Below are positions 12,370 to 26,459 of a stretch of 64,000 bases of DNA, piece after piece. The notes below the pieces were generated by a model. It was not told the origin of the DNA and searched no databases. It was given only the letters and a program-made list of their open reading frames with translations. Made by a program: the position numbers and the translations under genes. Position 1 is the first letter of the stretch; the number at the start of each line of letters is the position of its first letter. The stretch is from assembly GCF_006345805.1 (NCBI RefSeq), contig NW_021832436.1, positions 103,522-167,521 on the forward strand. Reading direction: 5' to 3'. The DNA is from Octopus sinensis. Lineage: Eukaryota.

Positions 12370-13390
12370 GTTATTGTGCTGCGCTCTCACTTTACTTTGG
12401 GAGCATTAGGGTTCGTTCTTGTGTAGATCTTGTCTTGATATCTTTTCTCGTTGTCCGCTTTTGGACATTTCGTTCGCTCTGTTCGTATAAACTCACCTGA
12501 ACTTGGCGAGCTTACAAAATACCCTGTTGCTGTTCACGCCTGGAGATTGCTCGGATTTGACCTTCCAGAGAATCCTGCTATGCAGAAGAGTTGGGATGTC
12601 ATCAGATGTTCACACCTGTTTGAGAGCCTTCGCTCGTAAGCCGAAGGCAGCTAGCTTCCTTGAACTGCGTCTGCCAGCCCCACTCTGGAGATTGGCTAAA
12701 CGTTCTCCCGTTGGGGTCCAAAGGTCTACTTTTGGAGGACGAGGCTGTTTGCATCGGAGTGTGTATTTAACATAGACTTGATATATGCCAAACGCACCGT
12801 TGCCGATGTGGTTTCATGATTCCTTCAAACGGATTACACTCCTTTTTTGAGAAGTGCTAGCCTATTTCCACGCCATGCTCTGTTCAATTAAGTGATTCAG
12901 AGGGCTTTTGATTCCGCAGGATTTCCGTCTATACTGGAACCAGTTGATATTTTTTGGGGTGACGGAAAACGTCCCGACGAGATGATTACATTCTCATTCA
13001 AGGGAGGTAGGTCTCCCGTTTGGGACGTGACCTGTGTGAATTTCCTGTTGGATACATTGTTGTCCAGGACGGCATGTTCGCCAGGCTATGCGGAGGAAAA
13101 GAAAATGTTGAAATACGCTCAGCTTTCGGAGGCTTATGAGTTCGTGCCCCTCGCCTTCGAGACCACTGGTGTGGGCGGTAAAGAGGCTGAGAAGTTGTTA
13201 CGCCTGGTGGGCAAAAAAATCGCATTAAAGACCAATGACCGGAGGGCGACGAGCTGGCTCTTTCAGCGCGTCTCGGTCTTAATTCTTCGTGGGAACTACC
13301 TCTCGATTCGCAACGCATCTTGGTCGGACTGACCATCAAGTCTGCGTTATTTTCTTTTCATTAAATAAACGAATTTAGTTTCAAAAAAAA
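12370..13390 (+). mobile_element. Degraded CRE-clade 3' fragment
   Basis: ORF 12892-13332: GKRPD, WDVTC, PLAFETTG, WLFQRVS..LRGN; short A-run near 13383. Confidence 0.85.
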
Positions 13391-13949
13391 CTAACGAGAT
13401 TGAAATAGATTTTCTGTTGGTCTTCTTGACATCTGATTTCTACATTTAGTATGTTGGAGATTTTCTTCCATGAAGGACGGTTTTAAATAATCTCAATACT
13501 TTGATCGGTTTTCCATGTTTTGTTGTATAAAATAAGAATAATTAGATCCATTTCGATGTTTAATAAAATTTGATTGCACAAATGAATTGCATCCAAACCA
13601 TAATATTTTTCTTATTATGAAAAATTGCATTTTAATGATTATTAGTCCGCTCGAAAAATTCAAACAATGTTGAATTAACAAAATATTATTCCTAAATATA
13701 AGCTTATTTTGTAAAAAATTCGTAGAACAGGAACACTGCTTCATACAACTAAACGTGGTGCCTAATAACTTTTTTCTTTAAAATTCTAAGTTGTGTGCAT
13801 TAAAGTTGGCCAGAATCACTAAAACTAAATAAAACTATCTCTTATAATCTTTGATACTACTTATAGATGGAATTTTTTATTCCTCGGAATTTAGCTGATT
13901 TTCATAAGATAAAATAAGTTTAGAATTCTTCAGCTAACCTTTATCCAAG

Positions 13950-15000
13950 ACTTTGACTGGGTCACCACACACAAGGATGTCACTTGTTGTAGTTATTTCC
14001 AGACCCATGTCATTCATACAATCTTCAAAGACTTCGCCCATCGAGTGGACGATCTCTGAAATCCCAGCGAACAGTTTAGTCCTTAGTCATCAACTATTAC
14101 AATCAATCGGAGCAGAAGGGTTACCTACTTTAGGAATCAAATAAGTGACCCCAGTACATAACCATTTTTGAATCGAGCCAGGTTCAAGTGTAAACTGTTC
14201 GATTTTTCGACAAATGCAATCATAAATTGGTTTGCATTTTTATAAAGAAATTATACACCTTATCGACCCCAGGTGTCTTCAGTCAGAGAGATGGGTTACT
14301 GCCTGATAAAACTTCTTTTGGATGTCAAAACAAGACTCAATCATTGAGGGAGCATCGGATCCACAAAACGGAAACGACACACTCTTGCGAGGACGTGCTT
14401 TCCACATACTCCTCCATATGCCAAGCACTTCGGCCTTTTCCTCAGTACCTTCCTTCATCTATCCGTCCTGCTGCCGATAGAACAGTTTGGGTGAAAACTC
14501 CAACAGATGTTCTCTCGCCTGCGCTGACACAGAGATCATGAGTTGAAAGCTTCTTCTAATAAACAAGAATCAGCTCCTCTTTGTCTGGACACGCCTTAAT
14601 TCGTTAAGGCCTCATTTGACAGCTCGTACTTGACGAAATACAGTACGTAGCAAAGGAGGAGTCTTGCCCTTGACCACATTCCTCACATTATAAATGTGCC
14701 CAGTCAGGACTTCCAGCTCGGCCTTTCCTGCTGTTACCTTCGTGGCAATGTTTTCCTTCCACTTATTCTTTGACCAAGGCTTTTGGGTAATTTCATCATA
14801 GGTTGTCTGTGCCTAGTACAAATAGAAAGAAATCTCGTCGCTGTCTCTGGAGCCTTACGCACGATCGGGTAAGATATGGGACGATTAATGCGATTCATAA
14901 CATCACTCCTGAGTTGCCACCAAGATATTTTCAGGTCGCTCTGCGGTCCGCAAGAAGGACAACACGATTCGCAGAAATATGCCTACTAAATATCTCATTA
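13950..15000 (-). pseudogene. Degraded N-terminal/RT region of an R4/Dong-like non-LTR element
   Basis: Minus strand reads KLFYRQ, IWRSMWK, KTPGVDKVYNFFIK, GVTYLIPK across stops and frameshifts. Confidence 0.65.
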
Positions 15001-15751
15001 ACTAGTATCAATAACTCGCTACTCTGGTGCTCGTGTTGTTCAGAACACGGGGGTATCCAGTCGGCGTAACCGCACCGCCAGTCCTCGCCCGAGAGCCAGG
15101 AGGAGAGGTCTTGGCCAGTTTCTTCAGTATATTTAATGATAGGTTCGAGTTAAAGCATCAACTAAAGCACCGAAGCATGGTAAGCCATTCATTCCTGGAA
15201 ATCCTGGAATATCTTCCCAACACTTGATAAAAAACGAATTTAACCCAGTCCTTTCGGGGAATGCACTCAGTCCCTTTTGTAATGGCAAGAACAATGTTCT
15301 GTCCATCGGACGTCCATCTCTCCGGTGCGGTTGTCTATCCTGCTCTAGGTATATTATTATGAATAATATTGTTGTTATTCTGATTTCCAGGTGGAACACA
15401 CATCAACAAATTATCACATTATTCAAAAGATCTGCTGGAATCCTTCAGGTATAAAAGCTAAAATTGATAGTAAACTGTTAGTTTGAATTAGTTATACGTT
15501 ACCAAGTAAGTTACCTGCTGAGATACCAAAAAATATTGATTAATAAACTGGGGTCACTAAATTTTTCATTGAGAGAAAGAATTGTGATTTAGATCAGAGG
15601 AGATGCATTGGAGAGGATGGAATTTTGTTTTGAAGGCGTAATTAATTCCATGCTGAATATTAAAAACGGACTAATATTCATTAAATAATAATAATTTTTT
15701 ATTCGATAAATTAAATAATCGTTGAGATTAAATAAAACACAATACCTCGTT

Positions 15752-16601
15752 ATGTCATCTTATGACAGGGCGACTACTATTTTTTCTCCTGATGGTCGCC
15801 TTTTTCAGGTCGATTATGCACAAGAAACAGTTAATAAGGGAAATAGCGCAGTTTAGAATTTTAATTTATTATTTAAGGTTGGGGTCTGCGGAAAAAATTT
15901 GGTAGTTTTGGGTGTTGAGCGCAAAGTGGTTGGGAAGCTACAAATTGAAAGCACTGTTCGTAAAATAGCAAGCATCGACGATCACATCGCAGTGGCCTTT
16001 GCTGGTCTTACTGCCGACGCCAGGAAAGTCATTAAAATGGCTCGGTTTGAATCCCTCAGCCACAAACTGATGATGGAGGACTCGATTCTTCCATCCACCC
16101 TAGTCAGATATGTCGCAGACCTCAAACAGGTTTTTATCACGCTTTTATTCTAAGAAATTTACTCGATCATCGGGAAGAAGGCCTTTTGGATTTTCAATGC
16201 TGATTGTTGGTTTCGATGATTCTGCCCATTTGTATGTGACTGATCCTGCTGGCAATTACTGTGAGTGGAAGGTTAGCGGTGGCTTCTTATTGGTAGGCTG
16301 CGGCTATAGGAAGGAACAGTAGTCGTGTCTTGGAGTTCTTGGAGACTAATTATACCGACGAAATAGCGTCCTCTGACCATCTTGTCAAAAAATTGGCACT
16401 AAGAGCTCTGTTAGAGGTCGCTCAATCTTGCGTGGACAATTTGGAGATTGCAGTCATGGGATATAACATGCCACTTACTGTAAATTTGGTTAGTTATTTG
16501 TGTAGACTTTGACAAATGATGAGTTGCGTGCTCTTTTTGAAGAGATTGAGAAGGACAAACAGGACGAAATTGAGAGTAGACGATCTAGAAGACTAGTTTA
16601 G
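15752..16601 (+). CDS. PSMA7: 20S proteasome subunit alpha-4 (alpha type 7), 5 exons
   Basis: [34 protein letters not shown]; introns 15851-15877, 16130-16154, 16272-16296, 16480-16505. Confidence 0.93.
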
Positions 16602-16884
16602 TCCTATATCATTCCTGTTATTTCTTTTTGTTCACTTCTTATTCTACTAATCGTTTTTCTTGCTTTTAGTTTGTTGTATACAACTTCAATCAGGGGTTTC
16701 TTACCTTTATAGCTTGTTTGCGGTCTTCACAAAAAATATTTTGTTATTATGAGGAAAAAATAATAAGAATGAACTGAGAATTGATTTCTGTTCGTCACCT
16801 ATTATTTTGGAGTAAATTTTAATGACGATATATACGTCAAAGTTGATTTAGACGTTCATCAGTCAACCAATTTCAATGCTTAGT

Positions 16885-17975
16885 TTCTATTTTCGTAAGT
16901 TTTTGATACATGCGTACGTTGACCCGTAGACTGATGCGTTTTTTGATCATTATCAACCAAATTCGAATATTACAAAATCCAGTAGCTCATGCGACTTAAA
17001 TATCGCGGCAAATTTTAAATCTATCTCCATTTCAAGTAGCCCCAGTTGATGAAGAGGTTGCAGGTTCGATTTTCATACGTGACAAAAATATTTGCATAGT
17101 AAATAGAGCTTTTTTAAAACCATTAAAACATGTTTCAAATTCATTTATTAATGCGTTAACAAAGTAGGTATATTTTTTGTATGATCAGTCTTTCCGGCTT
17201 ACCGATCTTACGGTTGTACGGTAAAGTATTTTTGAATAAATATACTTAGGTATCCGATTCTAATTACCATGTAACGACAGGAAGTGCAGATTAAAGATTC
17301 CAGTCGGATCTTAATTTCCCTTCGATCACGGGAAATGCCTAATCTGGGACGCGACATGCTCAGACATATTCTTTGCCCACAATCTGATCTTATCAGTTGT
17401 TGAACCTGGCTCGACGGAAAGATACGCGGAGCTCGCAAAGACAAGAAAATACGTTTCCGTGACCAGAAATGACATATATGTTCATTTAGAGAACTTTAAA
17501 AGTTACGTAAACTTTTTTATTCTAGAAATATTAATATTCCTATGGAAATTTTTATTTTCATCTTCCAAAGAATAGTTGTGATTATTTTCTTCAATGATTC
17601 TATATTTCAATTTATTGATATTATCAAATAAGAGAAGCATTCTATTGTTTGTATTAGGATTTGTATTACTTTAAAACAAATCAATGATAACAAGAATCTA
17701 AAATATAACTATAGCCATACCCATGAATTTGAATCGTTTAATTCCAAATATCTCTCTAAGTCAATAAGATCGGCTATGTGTCTATCACGCGGACCTCTCC
17801 CAATGATTGGTGTAATAGGACGTTTTGTCGCCATCAATATTTTTGACTAATTCTTATTCTAATTATTATAACTGACAAGAAACATAATTTTTAATCTCAT
17901 TTCGAGTAAAACCGTTAAAACATTCAGAAAACGCATCAGTCTACAGATATGCATGTATCAAAAACTTATAAAAAA
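16885..17975. repeat. Degraded element bounded by ~45-bp imperfect inverted repeats
   Basis: TAAGTTTTTGATACATGC..GTAGACTGATGCGTTTT near 16896-16942 is the reverse complement of 17927-17968. Confidence 0.5.
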
Positions 17976-18329
17976 ACATTTTCTATTCGCACAGTAATTT
18001 AGGTAGACAACCCCGCATCTTGCCTTTGGAGATGCTGACAGGCACTGGCGATGTTGCAGACACACTTATTTGATGATAAATCTCTTTTAGTTTCTATAAG
18101 AGACAGTCACGCTCTCAAGGGTTTTCTTTATAGTAAGTGATTGAATCTATGGGTGACATTGTTAAAAAAATGATTCTGTTTGAAAAGTAGAACAATTAAC
18201 TTTCTTGTTCTCTCATTAAAAGTTCGCCTGTGTGGGGGTGGCGCAAGCGAAACCTCAGTAACCTACGGGTCTCTGGTTTTGCGATGTGCTTGTTGTTGTT
18301 ACTAATCAAACTATAAATAAAATTTATTT

Positions 18330-19270
18330 AAAAATGCTCTTTCGTATATGAGAAAATCTTTCAAAGATAGGTTCACAATAAATGTTTAAATATCTATACG
18401 TTTCAAGATTTTAGAAAATAATAAACAACTCTTTTGTTCGTTATACATCCTCTATATCCTAAAGTGAGCACTTTAAAGTTATTGCCGTTTGAAATTAAAG
18501 CAGCTGAGTTCGAAATGCAACTATTGGACTTGAAATGTAAGAAATTATAGATATCAAAGTTTATTTGCCTTTCAGAAAAATTTGAAACTTTGGAAAAGAA
18601 AAATTATTTGGTAAAATTAAAAGTGATATTGATGTTATGCTAAAAAACTTGAAGACGTGATTTTTAAAACTTGGAGTTTTCTTCCAAATTCTTTTTATAA
18701 ATTGAAAAATATTCATATGGAATTTTGACAATATTTGGGTCCATTTATATGCGTAAACAAAGTTTTTTGTACATGAATTATATCATATCGAAATTAAGAA
18801 AAAAAACACAGGCTCAAATCTAGATTCAAACCTTAGAATAAAATTGACTACCCTGACATCAAACCAGGTGTTCTCAACCGGGGGCGAATCGTCCCCCTAG
18901 GGAAGAAAATTTTGTACAGGGGGGCGATAATTAGGTCAAAAGGGGGTGATAATATATTTTAGCAGAATTAGATCCGACATTGAATATTTAGCGAGTAAAC
19001 ATCAATATCAAGGGTCTCACTGATAATTTTTAATAAAAATTCAATTTTTACATTTGATTTATTGTTTTATATTTTGATTTTTGAGTTATATACAAAAAAC
19101 AATCAATTAAGGGACAATGCACAAAAATGTTAAATTGTATGTAAACAAGGGGGCGATAAAATTTCAAAGGGAGCGATAAAATATCTAAGGGAGCGATGAA
19201 TAAAAAAAAGGTTGAGAATGCCTGCATTAGACAATTCTTCAAAGAAATGAGGAGTCACATTTCTCATTAC
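18330..19270 (+). pseudogene. Degraded hAT (GTF2IRD2/Buster-like) transposase C-terminus
   Basis: EMQLLDLKC and TIFGSIY..MNYIISKLR remnants; interrupted by a MITE. Confidence 0.6.
18865..19224. mobile_element. Non-autonomous hAT MITE
   Basis: TIRs CAGGTGTTCTCAACC / GGTTGAGAATGCCTG; TSD CATCAAAC / CATTAGAC; subterminal GGGCGATAA repeats. Confidence 0.85.
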
Positions 19271-20114
19271 TAAGACTAATAATTTTTTAATGAATTCTTA
19301 ATTATTATTAAATGTTTGTTTTGAACAAGTGGTAATAGATCGCTCTTCAATTTTCGAAATTTACAATAGTGTCAAACATTGCCTCTTCTCTAAAAGTATT
19401 TTGCCGACTTCCGAACTAGATGATTAGGTACTGGTCTTTTTTATTTTTTAATCAAATTATTGAAGCAATCCTCCGATTTGTTGTCTGATTAGTCAATGGT
19501 AGGTCAACTCTACTTCTGAAAGGCAACTTCCTTGTCGTGTCAAACAAGTTTACTTTCATTAGAAAACATCTAGCTTTTGCATTCATATGGCTTCACCACT
19601 GACTTTAGACGAAAATAAATGTTTTTGCATTCATGTTTAAATGAATTAGACTCTTCAGAATTTTGGTCACCTTTTTTTTCTTAATTGTACATTCTTTAAG
19701 TAGCTTCTCATTATTTTGAAATACCATTTCAAAATAATAAATTCCCAAATTGTGTTTTTTTCATAGCCCCCAAGTTGCACTTTATAGGCGCAACTCAGGC
19801 ACTTGAACATCATTCTTCATCAAATACAGGCACTTGTAAATGAAATAATCGTTATATAAAGTTTATAAAACAACAAGGAAGCGAAAAACCTCAGAAAAAA
19901 ATATCAATATCCAGTGCCATTGATTCATAACACTGACAGCTCGACATAAAATAATAATCCACGTTAAAATAATTATGTTAGCCTAATGGCCCATATAAAG
20001 ATGTTTGTTAAAGATTATGCAGAGTACAATTTACTGAAATCCGTCTTTGAGAGGCAAGACGTAGATATTTTGAAAGTTAAAATGTTCTGACTAAAAAAGG
20101 AACTTGAGAATTTA

Positions 20115-20455
20115 ATTATTTATTTAACCCCATTCCCCTTGAATTGGGAGGGAATGCTGCACAAAGAAAATTGACAGACTTTTTAGGGCCACACCATAAG
20201 TCAAGAATGGAGTTAATCTTGTATAATTTTCTCAAGAAGGCGAAGTTTTTACATTCCAGAAGGAAATGGCTTACTTTGTGTCGTATGTCAAGGCAGATTG
20301 GACAGGTCGGATCTACATTCTTTTCCAGTTTGTTTTGATAGTCGAGGAGTGAAGGATGGTGCCCACTGTGAAATCTCGCAAGTTTAACCAGATATCTACG
20401 GCTGAGATTCTTTGTTTATTTTTGGAGGGAGATGGTTAAGGATAGTGCGTTCATC
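20115..20455 (-). mobile_element. 3' end of an APE-type LINE related to the 33100-35653 element
   Basis: LARFHSGHHPSLLDY..CPIC..HFLLEC..DLW, followed by a TAAA-type tail. Confidence 0.75.
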
Positions 20456-20672
20456 GTTTGTTAGACAAAACGGTCTTGCTTTTCTTTTATAGTGTAAAGT
20501 ATAATTTATTTTTACGCATTTTTAATGTGCTGAAAAATATTTTGGTGTTATAATTAAGGTCATTTAAATATTTCAAACTCTTTTAACAGCTTTCTCTAAT
20601 CTCGTTCGTAATGTGAATGTGTTCGTGAGAGAGAAAAAAATGTTAGTATATGCAAGAACTAAAACTAATATG

Positions 20673-23600
20673 TTAATTATGCATTTGAGCCCACTTGGCC
20701 TGAGCTTCTTGAGCGATTTCCCTCTAGGCGTCCTAATAAATGAATACTAAGTGCTGCTTGGAATCCATTCCTCCTGCCAATGCTTCAAACACGCCCCTGT
20801 ACTCCACGCTAAAGTTGTGAAATAGTTCGACGTAGAATTGCACATTCTCCGTTTTGGAATTAGCGACTCCAAAATAGACCAGACACTCCCGAAACCTGCA
20901 CTATCAATCCATGCGTACCTTTCCACTACTTTTTCGTGGATAACGAGCAGGTTCGTTGCCCTCTCGCAACACGAACTGAGGAACAATTTAATTCTAGTCT
21001 ATTAGGCTAGGAGAGAAACAAGTAATTTGGGGGTTGTGCTGATTTTTGAAGCAAGTCGTAGTATTTCTGAGCGATTCTACAGCGTTCCTGCAAGTGAGAA
21101 ATTTTAGTGGTAATTAAAGTCCAGTCCTCCTAGAAAGTGGAAAGAAATGAAGACTACACGATGTGCCAGGGCGACGTTGGGGAGCTCTTGCTGTAGATTG
21201 GTGCTTTGTTTGTGGTGTTTGACGACAGCACGACACACGTGCAACAAAAGGGGTTGCTTGTGAACAGTGTCTTTAATTGTAGACAACTTGCTCAGGAAAT
21301 CAAGTTCAAAGCCTTCGAGCTACCAGTTGAGGAAAAAGGATGAATACCTGTTGGTCGTTGAGAATGTTCCCCGCCCTGAGTGTCGCAGAAAGGATCCATC
21401 TGAGAGTCCTCGAAGATCTGATTTCCGAGGCTGCATTTTTGAGTGCGAAGAGTGACTGAGCAATTTCCTAAGAGTCCACTATTGAGGGGGACCTTCTCTT
21501 CGTCCTCGTAGAACGTTGTGAAATGCCATAACTCGACTTTCTCTCGACAAAACTCAAGTTGGAGCAGAGAGAGTACGTACTTCTCACTGCTATCCTGCCC
21601 TCCCCCAGCTCGCAGTATCTTTTCCTCTTCTACAGTGGGCATGACCACGTCCCTCAACATCCAAACACTTTCACAACTCATCTCACCTCGATTTGATCTT
21701 TGCTTATTTCCGAGTGTCCTATTTCCATTATTCCGCGTTTCACTATTTCTACCTCCGGGAAATTGAACAAAGCCACGTTTAGTTGCAATATTCGTTTGTT
21801 AGACAAAACGGTCTTGCTTTTCTTTTTACTACCTCTTATCTGCCACACTTAATCTATTCAAATACATTTGGTATCACTCCTGGCCTGAACAGCTTTGCCA
21901 TTTCGTCCATTTCCACACAGTCCTCTTTTATCACACTCCACACTGTCTCCTTATCAGGCTGCTTCACTCCACTCCAGTATACTTTCCTCTTTTCCACGTT
22001 TCTTCTAGCAATTTCTGAAATTGGTATCCGTTCAGGCAGCTTCAGTGGCGCAGGCGGAGGGGGGAGACCCACTTGTGCCACATCAGAGGAGGTTTTTTGG
22101 CCCAAACACGGCGTGGAGGCACTTCGAGATATTTTTGTTTCCTCGTTAAGCTCGGAAAAGTCAAATTCAGATATTTTGAACAATTCGTTTTTTGCCTTGG
22201 TTCTTCCCAATTCGAAATACTTTTGGCGAACATTATTCGCTGCACTTGGTTCCCTTATCTTATCTGCTGATTTTTCCTCGCTTTTCAAGTTTACTGCCTT
22301 CACATTACTTATCTCTGGATGCCCTATCTCTTCCGGTTTTGAATCTGTGATTGTTTATTAGCCCACCACATACTTTTTTCTCCAATCGTTTTTCTGCCAC
22401 TCATTCATACACAAATAAACCTCAGTTGTCTCTTCCTTAAATTCGTAAAAATTGGTGATATGACGGGCTCGCACTTATTCCCGTGTGAGGAAGCCTCTAC
22501 TGCTTTTTGCCACCTGTCTGCCAGTGATTTGCTTCTGCTTCGCATTACTCCCTGCTTATCTTTGAAAATACAGTAGAAATATCAACCTCTCGCAGATATT
22601 CTATTTTTAGATTATTCAAAATACCTCTCCGTGTTCAGCTGCTCACTTGTTTGCCCACTAATAGTATTTCGCCGTAATCCACTCTGTGATCTACTTTCCG
22701 TCTTCGGTTCTCTGCAGGTTTTAACATCGACTTGTCTCATGCTTGAATTTTCAATCGCCTCTTTCTTTTTAAAAACTGCAGATATAATTATTTAATCTAA
22801 CTGTCTGACTGAACTTGGTCAAAATTTAACGTTTCTGCTTTCACTTTTTGCTTTGTTTGCCAAAATATTGGCACATTCTCTAATTAATAAAAACAGTACT
22901 TTGCTGGCTGTTTTACTTTTTGGGATTGTGGACTCGCTTTTTCTAAATATAAATTAATTTTGTTGCACAAATTAGGTGCAGTCGTTGAGTCCAAAATGAC
23001 TGCTTCCATCTCTCTCACGGATTCCCTCAGTTCATGATCCCACGACACTTTAGCGACCAGACATTTCAAATTTTCAATATATTCTTTCAGCTGTAACTTT
23101 AGCTGTGGCCTCATTTTTAAAAGCTTGGAATAACAAGAAGAGTACTTTGCTGACATATAATATAGACAGTTTGGTTGTTTTTATGTTGGGAAATTTTAAT
23201 AATTTGATGAAGGCGCGTGAATTAAATGATTGATACAGGATATTTACCGAGTCGGGAACAGTTTCCAGAATCTTTACCAAAAGGACTAGACTCTGGGAAA
23301 CCAGGGAATTGAGCTGCTCATATAAGAAACAGGGTGAATACTTCATATTGGATACATTCGTGCAGAAAAACGAGACACTTAGTGTTAAAAATGCCAAATC
23401 CCAGAATGACGTCGAATACTATAAATCACATCAAACAATCTCACCCTTCAAAATATCATTGAACATGTGGGGTGGTAATGCCTGCGTTGCCTCTAAAAAT
23501 TGTTCGATTCCTCTTTGTTGACAGAATCGGGCGCATATTTTATGAGTCTGTCACGGTAGTCTGGGGAAAGAACCTTGAAGAATCTGTAAATGGAGGGCAG

Positions 23601-24020
23601 TTTCCTCTTGTATTGGTCGACGGGGATGTTGATGGAATGTGCTGCAAGTCGAGTTGTTGCAATTACTTATAAAGAAGTCAATTCGTGCGTCCACCCTGGG
23701 AATTAGAAGCAGAGAATATTCACGACTACGTCATGAGTACTCTCCACAACCCGTTTAAATTTTGTTCGTTCAGTTTGCTGTTTATTGAATCCACCAGCGG
23801 ATTTGTCTTTAGGTGGGTCTTATTCACTGATAAATACACTTTCATGCTTTTTATCTGGAATAATTGTAAATCAAACTACCTTATAAGGAACTCTGAGTTT
23901 GTCGCACAGAATATCGATATAGCAACCGATCAGTGTGTTAGGGTCGACGGAATATCTCACGAACTTAGAAATATCTTCGTCCTGCTTGTCTTCTTTGAAA
24001 CACACACGAACGCTGTTCAT
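20673..24020 (-). CDS. FHOD: FHOD-family formin (GBD/FH3, short FH1, FH2), multi-exon; boundaries approximate
   Basis: N-terminal VRVCFKED, armadillo-like FH3, PPPPAP, KVYWS..VWS..KLF, GFELDFLSKLSTIKDTVHKQPLLLHVC. Confidence 0.8.
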
Positions 24021-24620
24021 CGCATTTCCACATTATTTCGATCTAATATAACATCGCAACTTGACCACAAAAACGTAGTGATATAAAGTTGTGGAACAGG
24101 CATATTCTATCCATTCATCTTTTAGTAGTGTAGACTCCATTTAATCTATAGAGTAAAAATTGACCGGCCAACACTCATTATTTTCATATTCATTCCCCTG
24201 TCCACGTAGCTTTTCGACTTGTGCCAAGAAAGCACTGTTTTCCATAAGATACAAATCGGAATTTATGTAGTATTGAAAATACAGATATAAACACTCGACA
24301 CAGTCAAAAAAAACTGTTGTACGAGAAATTTGTATTTTGGAGAACTATCCTGATTATAGAATTGCATAATTCCCACCAGAAGCATCACTCACAGCTTGAT
24401 GCAACATTCACTTGCATTCCAGACGCAGGTGCTTTACAATTTTTATAACAAGCAAACAATGTTTTTTGAGCAGTGAATAATTCCCCCTGCAAGCAATTAT
24501 GACTAATTGGGGATCAATATGTCGGACAGTGCGACGGATCACTACAAATATAAAATTGGTAAGTAAAATCGATGGGACGACGACTATTTAAATGTTCAAC
24601 TCAAAGGAGAAATACGCGAA

Positions 24621-25841
24621 ATGATGAATAATGGAGCGATATGGGACACCACTTGGAGGTTGAGTGACTGCCCTCATTCGATAATACCAACTTTCGCTCA
24701 ACAACCCCCAAAGAGTCTGAGAAAAAGCAACTTTTTCAGTTTTTCGCTAAATTTCCGAAGTTTTCTTGGAGAGGACTTGGTGATAAAAGAAGCGTGTTTT
24801 GTGCGTTTATTGGATGAAAGGGATGGGGTATGAAGTTTTTATAAGTGCAAGTGGGAGGAAAACAACGGAATACACTATGCTGTGAGTCTGATGTGTCCAA
24901 CGAATACTGGCACGTACGACATGGAATTTGGAATATTTGTTCGAATTGTAGATTCAAGGACAGACGAGGTTGTGAGAGATTATAGAGTACAGATCATTCG
25001 GTACGAGGGACAGGACAACAATCCAGAAATGCGGCGAGTTCTGCTAACACACGAAATCACATGCAAGTATTTGGTAGTGATACATTGCAGTCGTTGTAAG
25101 GGTAAAAAGAGTTGTGGGAATAAAAGTGAGACCCCCTCGACTCCCCTGGCCGTGAGCGAGTAATAAGTGTTGTCATTGCGAGTAGTCGAGAACTCAAATT
25201 CCATTTGAAATGCAATCAGAATTGTCTCAAATCTGCAGGAAACCCCCGGGACAACCGAAGGTTTAAGGTAAAATGAGTCTAACCATCAGATTGCCATATT
25301 TTGTCCCAGCAACCTTACCCAATATTTGGCAATATCGCGAGAAATATTTGTTCACAACAACTCCAAACATGGACAGAGGAATACAACCCGACAGAAGAGT
25401 TACTGTTAATCGATACCAATTTAGGAAGACCCAAAGTCACCAACTTATTCCCCCAGTCTGGACCTGTAGAGGGAGGGACAACTGTTTGCATATCAGGAGA
25501 GTGCTTCACTGGTCAGACCACTGTTTACTTCGAGGAGGTTTCCTTGTACACTTGGGTATGTCTTTCTCTTATGTTCCCAGCATAAGAGTTGCAATTGTAT
25601 GTTAATTGTCACTCCCCCTTGGACTGCTCCTCTTCCAGTTCGTATTTTTTTGCACGAGTCCTTTGTTCAATACTCCCCAGAGGACATTGTCTTTGATTAC
25701 ACTCACTCCAACTGGTCACATCACCTTATCCACTCCCCATGGCCATTCAACAATCAGCCCAATCTTCCGATCCAATTCACAGATTCTACTAATGAGTCAA
25801 AAATAGATTTTGAAGAAACCCTCCAACAGTACTACCCCTAA
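24621..25841 (+). CDS. COE: Collier/Olf/EBF transcription factor (DNA-binding domain + IPT); may start at ATG 24519
   Basis: [85 protein letters not shown]. Confidence 0.92.
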
Positions 25842-26459
25842 TATTTGTTTTTTTCAACATAACCTCGCTTATTTATCTTCGCTTTACCTTTAACAGTTTA
25901 TTGAAAACTCTCTATAATGTTCACACCTGACCAACAGACATATCTCAGAACACAATGCAAAAAGTTCAAGATGTCCCAAAAGATAACTTTCTGGAAGATC
26001 ATCAGCCAATTTGCTGTCCTCAAGGTTTATAATATGAAACAACATGGGTGACATGTGATTCTGAATATCTCAATTAAGTGATTCCATTTAATTTCTCAGT
26101 CTATAAGACATAGTGCAAAAATATTGTTAAAAATTTGTCCAGCTATCGCACCTGCGCAACAACTTTTCAATAATTTCGGGCTAGTTTTATTTATCAAACA
26201 CGTTGCAAAAACTGCCGAAATAATTATCTTTTTCTTTAATTAGTTTGAAAAAACTTTCCCTAGTACACAAAAAATGCTTTTCTATAGCCTAACTTTCCTA
26301 ACGGAGGAACAGCGGTCTGATTTACAACGGCTGAACACAACAAAGTAATTAGGGAACACATATTTCCAGGTATTTATTGGAACTACACCTTTTTGAAGGT
26401 TTAGATTATTCATAAATATAAATGTTGTGTTTTAACTAAAAATTTCCATCCAAATTATA

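Noticed and set aside
13950-15400. Endogenous viral element
   Set aside because: The GC-rich island translates on the minus strand to non-LTR RT motifs (KTPGVD, TYLIPK), not viral proteins.
17030-17090. tRNA or tRNA-derived SINE (B-box-like GGTTCGATT)
   Set aside because: No cloverleaf could be folded and it is too degenerate to call.
18225-18300. Hammerhead/HDV-like ribozyme near GCGCAAGCGAAAC
   Set aside because: No CTGANGA core or convincing nested pseudoknot was found by eye.
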